Origin: Thermoanaerobaculia bacterium
Lineage (GTDB): Bacteria; Acidobacteriota; Thermoanaerobaculia; Gp7-AA8
Length of the DNA stretch: 24,545 nt
Reading direction: 5' to 3'
Assembly: GCA_035544355.1 (NCBI GenBank)
Contig: DATKFO010000656.1
Location: 1-24,545 of the forward strand
The notes under the pieces are model-generated. The model saw only the letters and a program-made list of their open reading frames with translations, did no database searches and was not told the origin of the DNA. This document shows positions 1 through 7,649 of this stretch, piece after piece; position 1 is the first letter of the stretch; every line of letters begins with the position of its first letter. The translations under genes were made by a program, and so were the position numbers.

Positions 1-2897
1 TCGACGTCGGTTGTAGTCGCGACGATCGTTGGCACACCGGCGATCAGAAACGCCGCGGCGAGGTTCTGGACGCCGTCGCTGGCACGTGTCGGAAGCCCGG
101 AGCGACACGCCGACAGAAAGACGAGGCGCGTTCGATGGAGGTCGAGACGTGAGATCTCACTGGCGGAAATCTCGTCGGTGATGCCGTCGGAGGCCAGAAC
201 CAGCACGGAGTCGAGCGGCCGCTCGGGCCGTGCCAACGCGTGGCCGGCGAAATGGATGATTGATGCGCTGGGCAATTCGAGTCGCAGCCGCTGCGGCGTT
301 GCTTTCCGATCGGTGAGAACCCGCGATCGCGTGTAGCTCGCCGCTACACTGCGCGCTTCGGAGGCGGCGCGGGGCAACGGACTAATTCGCGGGTGCCGGT
401 TCGAATCGAATGATGTCGCTGCGATCACTAGTGTCGAACGTTGTTCGATCACTCGCGCTTGCTTGGAACACATGATTGCGATGCTCGCGCTCGGAGCGAG
501 CGTGACCGAATAATCGTCGATCAAGCGCCGGTTGCTCGCCATGCTGCGCAGCGCGATGAATGACACTCCCGCGATACGGGGATCGGCAACGACCGCAAGG
601 TGCCGAATGCCTCGAAGCGACGGAAGCACGGGCTCGACGAGCGCTCGCCAGTCGTCGCCGGTTGCGAGTTGGACGACGTGGAGGTTCTCACGCGTCAGGA
701 CGAACGCAGCCATCCTGTCGTTGGACGCGACATATTGGACAATGGCGGCGTCCGGTGCGAGCGCCGCGGCAATGGCATCTCGCGTAAGTGTTGCCGGTTC
801 GCGCGCTGTTCGCTCGCTGATGCCGTCGAGAAGCGCCCTGGCGCGAGAACGCTCAGTAAGCGAGAACGCTTCGTCGTTGTTTCCGGTAGCGAGAGCGAGG
901 TCGATTGCCGCGCGGAAGAGGTCAACTGCCGTCGAGAGCAAGTCTGCGCGCTGCTGAATATCGATAACGTTCGCGCGCTGCTGCTCGATCACAGAAAGTC
1001 CCGTTGCGAAGTCGGTACGTGCTGCATTCGCGTCACCGCGGCGGCGGTGGATTCGCCCGCGATCGAGAAGAATCTGTGCAGCGTACACGCTGCGATCCGA
1101 TTGCTTCACGATCGACAAAGCCCGCGTCAACAACTCGATTGCACGCGATGGGTCGGTGCTCGCGAGTGCGAACGCTTCTGCGTACAACACTTCGGATTCG
1201 AGCGACTGCCGCTGACCTGCATCGGAGATCTCTCTGACCCAGCGTCGCATCTCCGCGACGTCTCTGCTGGCCCCTTCGGCGTCTCCGACGGACGCGCGAA
1301 CGATGGATCGTTGCAGCAAGGCTTCCGCGGCGCGTGTGGGATCTTTTCTTATGGCGGAGCCAGCGACCGCGAGATCGAGCAGCGGATGCGCGTGCTTCCA
1401 CTGTCCTCGCATCACCATCGATCGCGTCGCCGTCTCGAGAGCCGTCAGTTTGCGAAGATCTGCTCCGGTCCGCGAATATATGACGAGAGCTCGGCGTCGT
1501 GCACGCCACGCGTTCTCGTCGTCGCCCATGTAGTCGAGCGTTGCGGCGACGAACTCATCGAACGTTGCTGCGATTAACGGCTCGTTGAGATGCTCGAAAT
1601 GGCGCCGTGATTCTTCGAAGATATCCAGCGCCGAGGAAAAGGAGCCACGAACGAGGGCGCATAATCCGCGCTCCCATCCGATTTGGCCCGCGAGCGCCAC
1701 GTAGCCTTGTCGCTCGAAATGTCGCGCAGCCAGCTCGTCGAGAAGCGCAGCGGCCTCGGGAATCCGCGACTGCGCGTGCAGCGCGCTTGCGACGAAGTAG
1801 CGCGCGAGAAACTGCATCGGACTCGCGGCGTGGGTGAAATCTCGCACGGCTTCGCTCAGGAAGCGCTCAGCATCCGCCGGTGCGGCATTTCCGTGAGCGA
1901 TCCGCCCGTCGCGATACGCGAGGTAGGCGCGGGCGAGCATCAAGCGCCGCGATTTGTCAGCGTTGTCAATCGTGCGAACCGAATCTGCGAGCAAGTTTTC
2001 GCCCGCAATGTCGTGAAGCGCGACGCCGATTGCACGCGCGACGGCCAGCGCTCTTTCTGCGTCTGCGCGATCGCCGCGTTGCGCGGCCGTCGCCCAACTC
2101 GCTGTAAACACGCCTTCGCCCCATGCGCGAGCGTCGCGCGGATGGAGCGCCACGATTCGGAGAACTTCAGCAGCATCGTTGCGTGTGACCGCGCGTTGAA
2201 GCGCACTGACCTGCGTCGACCATAGATCGCCGCGGTTGATCTCATTGCCGATGCGGCTTGCCGCGCGCGCTGCTTCTTCCGCCCACGGTGACCCAGCCTC
2301 AGGCCAGTCGCTGTACTCCGCTTTCGCCTCCGTCAGAAGACCCAGCGCTTCCAACGCGAGTGCGCGATTGAAATGTGCGCCGAGATGGCTCGGATCGATC
2401 CGCAACGCTTCGGCGGAAGCCGCGAGGCTATCGATTACCGGTAGGAGTGTATTCTGTTCATCCGATCTTGCTAGGAGCGCGGCAGCATAGTCGTTCCACG
2501 CATCGCTGGTCCGCAGCATCGTTGCTGCACGGAGTAGTCGACTCGCTGCGCCTTCAATGTCGCCGCTGATGAGCAGCGCAACGCCCGCCGCGTGCTCTGT
2601 GCGAGGCGTGCCGTCGTCGTGTGCTACGAGTTCCTGGGCTGCGGCGCGAACATCGAGCGGCAATTCGTCGGTCCTCTGCCCCGCTGAGATTCGCATACGG
2701 CGAAAAGTCTTGTGCACGAACGGCGCAGACAGACGCGCACGAATCAGACGGAATGACATCGTCCGCATCGCCTCTGCAAGTTTGGTGAGTAGGGGTTCGC
2801 TCCGATGCTTTGCTGCTACGCGCGTCCTGTGCACAGTGAACAGCGCTACGCCGACAGCGATGCCAATGCCGAGCAACACCAGAGAACGTCTTTTCAT
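1..2897 (-). CDS. N-terminally anchored TPR + CHAT (caspase-like) protease, partial: 3' end lies beyond the left edge
   Basis: Manually translated open frame, absent from the ORF track because there is no stop in the window. Begins MKRRSLVLLGIGIAVGVALF (alternative ATG at 2912). TPR-like helices follow (AWNDYAAALL, HFNRALALEALGL, EAFSLTERSRARALLD), then the CHAT motifs IIHFAGH (His codon 240-242), FLSACRSG (Cys codon 105-107) and GVQNLAAAFLIAGVPTIVA. Confidence 0.87.
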   Translation of the reverse strand, partial: MKRRSLVLLGIGIAVGVALFTVHRTRVAAKHRSEPLLTKLAEAMRTMSFRLIRARLSAPFVHKTFRRMRISAGQRTDELPLDVRAAAQELVAHDDGTPRTEHAAGVALLISGDIEGAASRLLRAATMLRTSDAWNDYAAALLARSDEQNTLLPVIDSLAASAEALRIDPSHLGAHFNRALALEALGLLTEAKAEYSDWPEAGSPWAEEAARAASRIGNEINRGDLWSTQVSALQRAVTRNDAAEVLRIVALHPRDARAWGEGVFTASWATAAQRGDRADAERALAVARAIGVALHDIAGENLLADSVRTIDNADKSRRLMLARAYLAYRDGRIAHGNAAPADAERFLSEAVRDFTHAASPMQFLARYFVASALHAQSRIPEAAALLDELAARHFERQGYVALAGQIGWERGLCALVRGSFSSALDIFEESRRHFEHLNEPLIAATFDEFVAATLDYMGDDENAWRARRRALVIYSRTGADLRKLTALETATRSMVMRGQWKHAHPLLDLAVAGSAIRKDPTRAAEALLQRSIVRASVGDAEGASRDVAEMRRWVREISDAGQRQSLESEVLYAEAFALASTDPSRAIELLTRALSIVKQSDRSVYAAQILLDRGRIHRRRGDANAARTDFATGLSVIEQQRANVIDIQQRADLLSTAVDLFRAAIDLALATGNNDEAFSLTERSRARALLDGISERTAREPATLTRDAIAAALAPDAAIVQYVASNDRMAAFVLTRENLHVVQLATGDDWRALVEPVLPSLRGIRHLAVVADPRIAGVSFIALRSMASNRRLIDDYSVTLAPSASIAIMCSKQARVIEQRSTLVIAATSFDSNRHPRISPLPRAASEARSVAASYTRSRVLTDRKATPQRLRLELPSASIIHFAGHALARPERPLDSVLVLASDGITDEISASEISRLDLHRTRLVFLSACRSGLPTRASDGVQNLAAAFLIAGVPTIVATTTDV

Positions 2898-3008
2898 CAG
2901 GACTCTCGCCATTGTGACGGGTCGTGCTAGCGATGTCAGCGGGAACTTGTTTCGCGAACAGAGTCCGCTGAGCGCCGTCAACCTCTGCCGATTCCCCTCC
3001 ACCACCGG

Positions 3009-3182
3009 ATGCGCACTCGCGCCCGACGCCATTCCACGTCAGCCGCCGTGCTCGCCGTGCTCTTCTTCTCGATCGCCGTGCACTGCATCCGCCATCGCCA
3101 TCTCTTCCTCGAGATGACGAACCTGCGCGAGCTCCTCGACTCACGCTCGCGCACGATCGGCCACGTCGCCTTCGATTCGTAG
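3009..3182 (+). CDS. Possible small (57 aa) hypothetical protein with one hydrophobic segment
   Basis: ATG..TAG frame MRTRARRHSTSAAVLAVLFFSIAVHCIRHRHLFLEMTNLRELLDSRSRTIGHVAFDS. Third positions are strongly G/C, as in the host genes. Below the ORF-track cutoff; no clear RBS. Confidence 0.35.
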   Translation: MRTRARRHSTSAAVLAVLFFSIAVHCIRHRHLFLEMTNLRELLDSRSRTIGHVAFDS

Positions 3183-3184
3183 TG

Positions 3185-3403
3185 TGGCGTGCGCGCGGCC
3201 ATGCCGCCGCTTTGGGTCGCGTGATCTGGGTTGCAAGGTTGCGCGGTGAACCTTGGATGGCGGACTTATAGTCCGCCGGTTTTTGCGCGAGGCGGCGGAC
3301 TGTAAGTCCGCCGTCCAGGAGCCGTGATTCAGACCGCGCAACCGCGCAACTCCGCAACCCGAAATACGATACCCAAAGCGGCGGCATGGCCGCGCGCACT
3401 CCA
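3185..3403. repeat. Nested REP/BIME-like inverted-repeat composite
   Basis: Outer arms 3185-3217 and 3371-3403 (33 bp, 1 mismatch). Middle arms of octamer units GGGT-TGCAAGGT-TGCGCGGT (3228-3247) versus ACCGCGCA-ACCGCGCA-ACTCCGCA-ACCC (3333-3360). Inner arms 3253-3278 and 3293-3318 (26 bp, 3 mismatches), each containing a GGCGGACT-nnn-AGTCCGCC palindrome. Confidence 0.85.
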
Positions 3404-3405
3404 AA

Positions 3406-4851
3406 TCAAGGACACGCTGCGGCGCGCGCGATCAACTCCGCGCGATGTTCCTCCACCGCTGCGTGTGCGCGTGAGCGTGCGAGGTTCCATGCGCGCCAGT
3501 TGTGCGGGCGGTGTGCGTCCGCCGTGAGCAGGCTGCGTGCGATGCAGGGATCGTTCAGCTTCACGAGCTCCGGCGCGGCGTCCGCGCTTAGTGTCTTCGC
3601 ATATTTCACATCGAATGCGCGATGCGTGAGGCGCGCGTTCGTGCGAACGATGAGTGCGTGCGGATCGATTGCGTGCACGGAGACGAGCGCGATCAGGCCG
3701 GTGACGAGGAGGCCGATTGCGAATTGCGCGCGATGTCCGGTCAGCACGGTCGCGGCGAGCCACAGCAGCAGTACCAGCATCCAGAGCATGAACGCGGTCG
3801 CGTAGACGCGCAGCTGGGTGAGGCCGAATTCGTCGCGATAGAGGCGCATGCGCTGATATGCGGACGCGGCGATCACGAGCACGAGCGCGATCTGTAGCGA
3901 GGCGAGGATGCGGAACGTGCGCAGCGCGTGCGGGTCACTCTTGTCGACGATCCACTCGACCGCGAGCAGCATTGGCACGACGAGCACGGTCACGACGACG
4001 AGCTCGAAGAAGCCGCTGCGCGCGTATTCGGCGTACGTCATGTTGGCCGTGACTTTGACCAGGGACGATCCGCCGAAGAGATAGCGGAACTGCACGCCGA
4101 CGAACAGTGCGAACAGCAGATCGACGAGCGCGATCGCGACGTTCGTGTCGCCGGCCCGCAGTTTCTTGATCTCGAACGTCCACGGCGGCATCCACGCGTC
4201 ACTCATGAGGATGCTGCGGAAGAATCCGGCGCACGCGGCGGCGATCACGATCGTGACGATGATGTCGATCATCGTGTCGGTGAGATCGATGAAGAAGACG
4301 TCGCGCACCAGCGACGCGAATGCTTCGTCGGCGGACATGAGCAGCGCGCCGAAGATCAGCAGCGCCGGAATCGCAATCACCGTTCCGCGCAGCAGCGTGC
4401 CCGCGGTGCGCGATGCGCGGCCGACCGGGACCTGTTTCCATGTCAGATCGAACGGCAGTTTGAACACGCCCGCGATCGATTGCGCGGCGGTGACGAACAG
4501 CGCGACGACGATGCGCACGATGCCTGTCGCCCACAGGCGCACGTCGCGCGGGCCGAGGGCGAGGAGGGCGAGGAGGGGGACGATGAGGAGGCCATCGATC
4601 GCGTTGAGCTCAGGCGCGTCACGCCAGAAGATGCCGAACGCGGCCGCGATCGCGCCGATCGCGGGAAGCAGCACGGAAGTCCACGGCTGTTTGCGCGTGG
4701 TCTGCAGCAGTGTGACCGCGATGATCGCGAATGACGTCGTCCAGAGCAGTGCGTTGATGCCCCACGGGATGTTGCGCAGGAGGAAGTTGCCTGCGAGGCC
4801 GAGTGCGAAGGACGTGATGAAGATGGCGACGGCGGTGCGATGCGTGTTCAT
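3406..4851 (-). CDS. DUF4153 (DUF4173)-like polytopic membrane protein
   Basis: 481 aa with many TM segments. Motifs LLMSADEAF, FVGVQFRYLFGG, TYAEYARSGFFEL, RMRLYRDEFGLTQLRVY, LSADAAP and WRAWN match my recollection of this family. Confidence 0.8.
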   Translation of the reverse strand: MNTHRTAVAIFITSFALGLAGNFLLRNIPWGINALLWTTSFAIIAVTLLQTTRKQPWTSVLLPAIGAIAAAFGIFWRDAPELNAIDGLLIVPLLALLALGPRDVRLWATGIVRIVVALFVTAAQSIAGVFKLPFDLTWKQVPVGRASRTAGTLLRGTVIAIPALLIFGALLMSADEAFASLVRDVFFIDLTDTMIDIIVTIVIAAACAGFFRSILMSDAWMPPWTFEIKKLRAGDTNVAIALVDLLFALFVGVQFRYLFGGSSLVKVTANMTYAEYARSGFFELVVVTVLVVPMLLAVEWIVDKSDPHALRTFRILASLQIALVLVIAASAYQRMRLYRDEFGLTQLRVYATAFMLWMLVLLLWLAATVLTGHRAQFAIGLLVTGLIALVSVHAIDPHALIVRTNARLTHRAFDVKYAKTLSADAAPELVKLNDPCIARSLLTADAHRPHNWRAWNLARSRAHAAVEEHRAELIARAAACP

Positions 4852-4868
4852 GCTTTGTATTGTAAAGT
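4852..4868 (-). promoter_or_regulatory. Putative leaderless -10 (TACAAT) inside a CTTT-N7-AAAG inverted repeat
   Basis: Minus strand reads AAAGTACTTTACAATACAAAGC-ATG. TACAAT (4859-4864) lies 7 nt before the ATG at 4851. Confidence 0.5.
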
Positions 4869-4885
4869 ACTTTCTGCGCTAGAAC

Positions 4886-4911
4886 CGGCGGACTATAAGT
4901 CCGCCGTCCAA
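4886..4911. repeat. Single REP-like palindrome, same family as the inner arms at 3253/3293
   Basis: CGGCGGACTATAAGTCCGCCGTCCAA differs by 1 nt from the reverse complement of 3253-3278. It sits 3 nt past the kinase stop codon. Confidence 0.85.
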
Positions 4912-4914
4912 CGA

Positions 4915-7497
4915 CTAGAACCGCCAGCCGCGCGAGACGAACAGGTTCGACAGGTTGCGCATCACGCCGTATGCGTACGCGCTGCCGTCCGGCGTTACGA
5001 CCACGTCCATGATGCGGTACACGCCCGACGGATCGCCGGGCATGAGCTCGCGCACGAGCGTCAGCTGGCCCGTGGCGATGTTCGCCCGGAACATGCGCGC
5101 GGGCAATTCTTCTTCGCGGTAGACGAACAGCTCTTTGCCGTCCGCGCTCCACGCGACGGGTTTGTAGCCGCGCTCGATCGGCGCTTTGCGCGGCGCGGTG
5201 CCGTCGAGCGGCACGAGATGAATGAGTCCGTCTTCGTCGCCACTCACGACGATCATCGATCCGTCGGGCGATGCGGGACGCGACGCCTGCGCAATCCGAA
5301 AACCGGGATCGCCGATCGTCGACGGGTCGCCGCGGAACACGTCCTGACGATAGAGCCGCATGCGTCCGTTCGCCGCGCGTCCGTTGAACACGATCGTGTG
5401 TCCGTCGGGCAGCCACGCGCCGAACTCGTAATCTTCAATGACACCGCGCGGCAGATAGCGCGTCTCGCCCGCGCCGAGCGGCACGATCGCGAGCCGCGCA
5501 GGGAGAGTGCGGCGGCCGGGCACGATGACGAGCGCCGACTTTCCGTCGGGCGAGAGCGACACGCCGTAGCCGTCGCCGAGGCGTACGGCGGGCTCGCCGG
5601 TCGTCGGACGCGTGAAGACCGAGTAGCGCTCGCCGCCCGCTTCGCCGAATTCGCTGAACAGCAGCAGACGTCCGTCGGGCGAGATGTCGGACGTGCCGGA
5701 GCCGTCGAACCACGACAGATCGCGCTCGCGTTCCGCGCCGGCCGCGCGCGCCATCACCCCTTCGCGATAGTCGTCGCGCGTGAGCAGCAACTCGCCGTCG
5801 CGGGAAACATCGTGCAGTTTCACGACGCCATCGAGGCGGCCGATGAGCCGCTCGCTGCCGCCGAGATCGACCGCGTGCAATTCCGTCGAGCCGTTGCCGC
5901 CGCTCGTTCCGAACACGATGCGACGGCCGTTCGCGGCCCACGCCAGTCCCTTCGCGTTCGTCCACTCGCCGAGCTTGCGCGGCTTGCGCACGGCGACGTC
6001 GAGCACGAACAGCGCGAATGATTTGCCGAGGCGTGCTTCGCGGAGGCGGAAGGCGATGCGCTTGCCGTCGGGGGAGACGCGCAGATCGCGCACGCGCGTT
6101 GGACTCTGATAGACGATCGTGCGGATCGGATACTCGATTTGAAATCCGCTGCCTTCGAGCCTGCGCACGATCGCGAGCTGCTTGCCGTCGGGCGACCAAT
6201 CCGCAGCGACGACGTCGTCCGCGATTTCGCGCGGCGCGCCGCCCGCGAGCGACACGACAGCGAGCGTCCCCGAAGTCTCCGACGAATTCACGAGCAGCGC
6301 GAGATTGCCCGTGCTGCTGACTGCAAGCAATTCACGGCTGCGAATGCCGAGCGGGCGCGACTCGATCGAGTCGTTGCGCCCGGAGTAGATTTCGTAGCCG
6401 CTTCCTTCCCACGACGCGGAATAGAGGATCGAGCCGTCGGACGCGAAGCGCGCACCGGTGATGTCGCCGCGCCGGAATGTGAGTTGCCGATACGTCGGCA
6501 ACGGATTCGGCGCGACGCGTTCCCAGACGAGAATCGACGCGACGATGATCGCGAGCAGCGCGGCGGCGGCGAGAAATTTGTAGCGATGCCGCCGCACGCG
6601 CGAGCGCCAAACACTGAACGGCATCGACAGCGTGTCGGTCGCGCTGCCGAGCGCTTCGAGCGAGAACGCGAGATCGTGCGCGGTCTGGAATCGCTCTTCT
6701 TTGCGTTTCTCGAGACAGCGCTGAATCACGAGCTCGACGCCGGGCGAGACATTGACGCCGGATGCGTGCAGATCGACGGGATCGTCTTTGAGAATCGCGC
6801 TGAGGATCTCGACCGGCGTGCCGCCCTGAAACGCCTGACGCCCCGTGAGCATCTCGTAGAGGATCGCGCCGAACGCGAAGATGTCGGTCCGGCCGTCGAT
6901 CGGCTCCGCGCGCAATTGCTCCGGCGCGATGTAGCCGACGGTGCCCATCACGATGCCGGGATGCGTCTCGCCGACGAGCGTCGGGGAATCGTCGCCCGCG
7001 CCGATCGCGGCGAGCTCCGGATTCATCTTCGCCAGTCCGAAGTCGAGGATCTTCAGGCGCCCGTCTTTCGTGAGGAAAATATTTTCGGGCTTGAGATCGC
7101 GATGGATGATGCTGCGCTCGTGCGCCGCGTCCATGCCGCGCGCGATCTGCAGCGCGTACTGAATCGACTTGCGTTGCGAGAGCGGGCCTTCGCGCAAGCG
7201 CGCGCGCAGCGTCTCGCCTTCGAGCAGCTCGAGCACGATGTAGAACGAATCGCCGTGCGTGCCGAAGTCGAAGACGGTGACGAGGTTCGGATGATTGAGC
7301 AGGCCGAGCGCTTTCGCTTCCTGCTGGAACCGCGCGACGACTTGCGCCTTGCCCACGAAGGCGGAGGGAAGGATCTTCACCGCGACGTCGCGGCCGAGCT
7401 GCTCGTCACGCGCGCGATAGACCTGCCCCATGCCTCCCGCGCCGATGAACGAGAGGATCTCGTAGCGACCGAGTGTTTCGCCGGGCTCGAGGTGCAT
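4915..7497 (-). CDS. Hanks-type Ser/Thr protein kinase with TM segment and C-terminal TolB/PD40-like beta-propeller
   Basis: GAGGMGQVY, VAVK, HRDLKPEN, DFG and GTVGYIAPE motifs; TM LAAAALLAIIVASILVW; repeated WSPDG/SPDG blades. Confidence 0.95.
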   Translation of the reverse strand: MHLEPGETLGRYEILSFIGAGGMGQVYRARDEQLGRDVAVKILPSAFVGKAQVVARFQQEAKALGLLNHPNLVTVFDFGTHGDSFYIVLELLEGETLRARLREGPLSQRKSIQYALQIARGMDAAHERSIIHRDLKPENIFLTKDGRLKILDFGLAKMNPELAAIGAGDDSPTLVGETHPGIVMGTVGYIAPEQLRAEPIDGRTDIFAFGAILYEMLTGRQAFQGGTPVEILSAILKDDPVDLHASGVNVSPGVELVIQRCLEKRKEERFQTAHDLAFSLEALGSATDTLSMPFSVWRSRVRRHRYKFLAAAALLAIIVASILVWERVAPNPLPTYRQLTFRRGDITGARFASDGSILYSASWEGSGYEIYSGRNDSIESRPLGIRSRELLAVSSTGNLALLVNSSETSGTLAVVSLAGGAPREIADDVVAADWSPDGKQLAIVRRLEGSGFQIEYPIRTIVYQSPTRVRDLRVSPDGKRIAFRLREARLGKSFALFVLDVAVRKPRKLGEWTNAKGLAWAANGRRIVFGTSGGNGSTELHAVDLGGSERLIGRLDGVVKLHDVSRDGELLLTRDDYREGVMARAAGAERERDLSWFDGSGTSDISPDGRLLLFSEFGEAGGERYSVFTRPTTGEPAVRLGDGYGVSLSPDGKSALVIVPGRRTLPARLAIVPLGAGETRYLPRGVIEDYEFGAWLPDGHTIVFNGRAANGRMRLYRQDVFRGDPSTIGDPGFRIAQASRPASPDGSMIVVSGDEDGLIHLVPLDGTAPRKAPIERGYKPVAWSADGKELFVYREEELPARMFRANIATGQLTLVRELMPGDPSGVYRIMDVVVTPDGSAYAYGVMRNLSNLFVSRGWRF

Positions 7498-7521
7498 TTT
7501 GCGCCTGACCGAAGTTTGCGA

Positions 7522-7527
7522 ATTCTA
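7522..7527 (-). promoter_or_regulatory. Candidate -10 element (TAGAAT) for the kinase gene
   Basis: TAGAAT on the minus strand, 24 nt upstream of the ATG at 7497, in a divergent intergenic region. Confidence 0.35.
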
Positions 7528-7540
7528 ACTGCGTTGCTTG

Positions 7541-7571
7541 TTGGCCGTTGCCGGTTGCCCGTTGCCCGTTG
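7541..7571. repeat. Heptamer tandem repeat (TTGCCCG-like x4)
   Basis: TTGGCCG TTGCCGG TTGCCCG TTGCCCG TTG. Confidence 0.6.
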
Positions 7572-7585
7572 TTTGAAGTGTTGTC

Positions 7586-7636
7586 GGTGATCGGTGATCG
7601 AGGGGAGTCTGCGAGCCGCCTCGATCACCGATCACC
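7586..7636. repeat. Perfect 18-bp inverted repeat built of GGTGATC heptamers
   Basis: GGTGATCGGTGATCGAGG (7586-7603) pairs with CCTCGATCACCGATCACC (7619-7636); 15-nt loop. Confidence 0.8.
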
Positions 7637-7642
7637 TACACT
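7637..7642 (+). promoter_or_regulatory. Putative leaderless -10 (TACACT)
   Basis: TACACT followed by 7 nt, then the ATG at 7650. Confidence 0.5.
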
Positions 7643-7649
7643 CACATCA

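Noticed and set aside
600-2225. Plus-strand ORFs 600..1577 and 1683..2225
   Set aside because: In-register antisense of the minus-strand CHAT gene, which carries the recognisable motifs.
3185-3403. CRISPR array, or IS element with terminal inverted repeats
   Set aside because: The repeats are inverted and nested, not direct with unique spacers. There is no transposase, cas gene or clear target-site duplication.
4840-7590. Plus-strand ORFs 4840..6021 and 6139..7590
   Set aside because: Antisense shadows of the kinase gene.
7548-7649. Track N-terminal extension of the cytochrome (MPVARCPL...)
   Set aside because: It translates the heptamer repeats and the hairpin. The signal peptide and -10 spacing favour ATG 7650.
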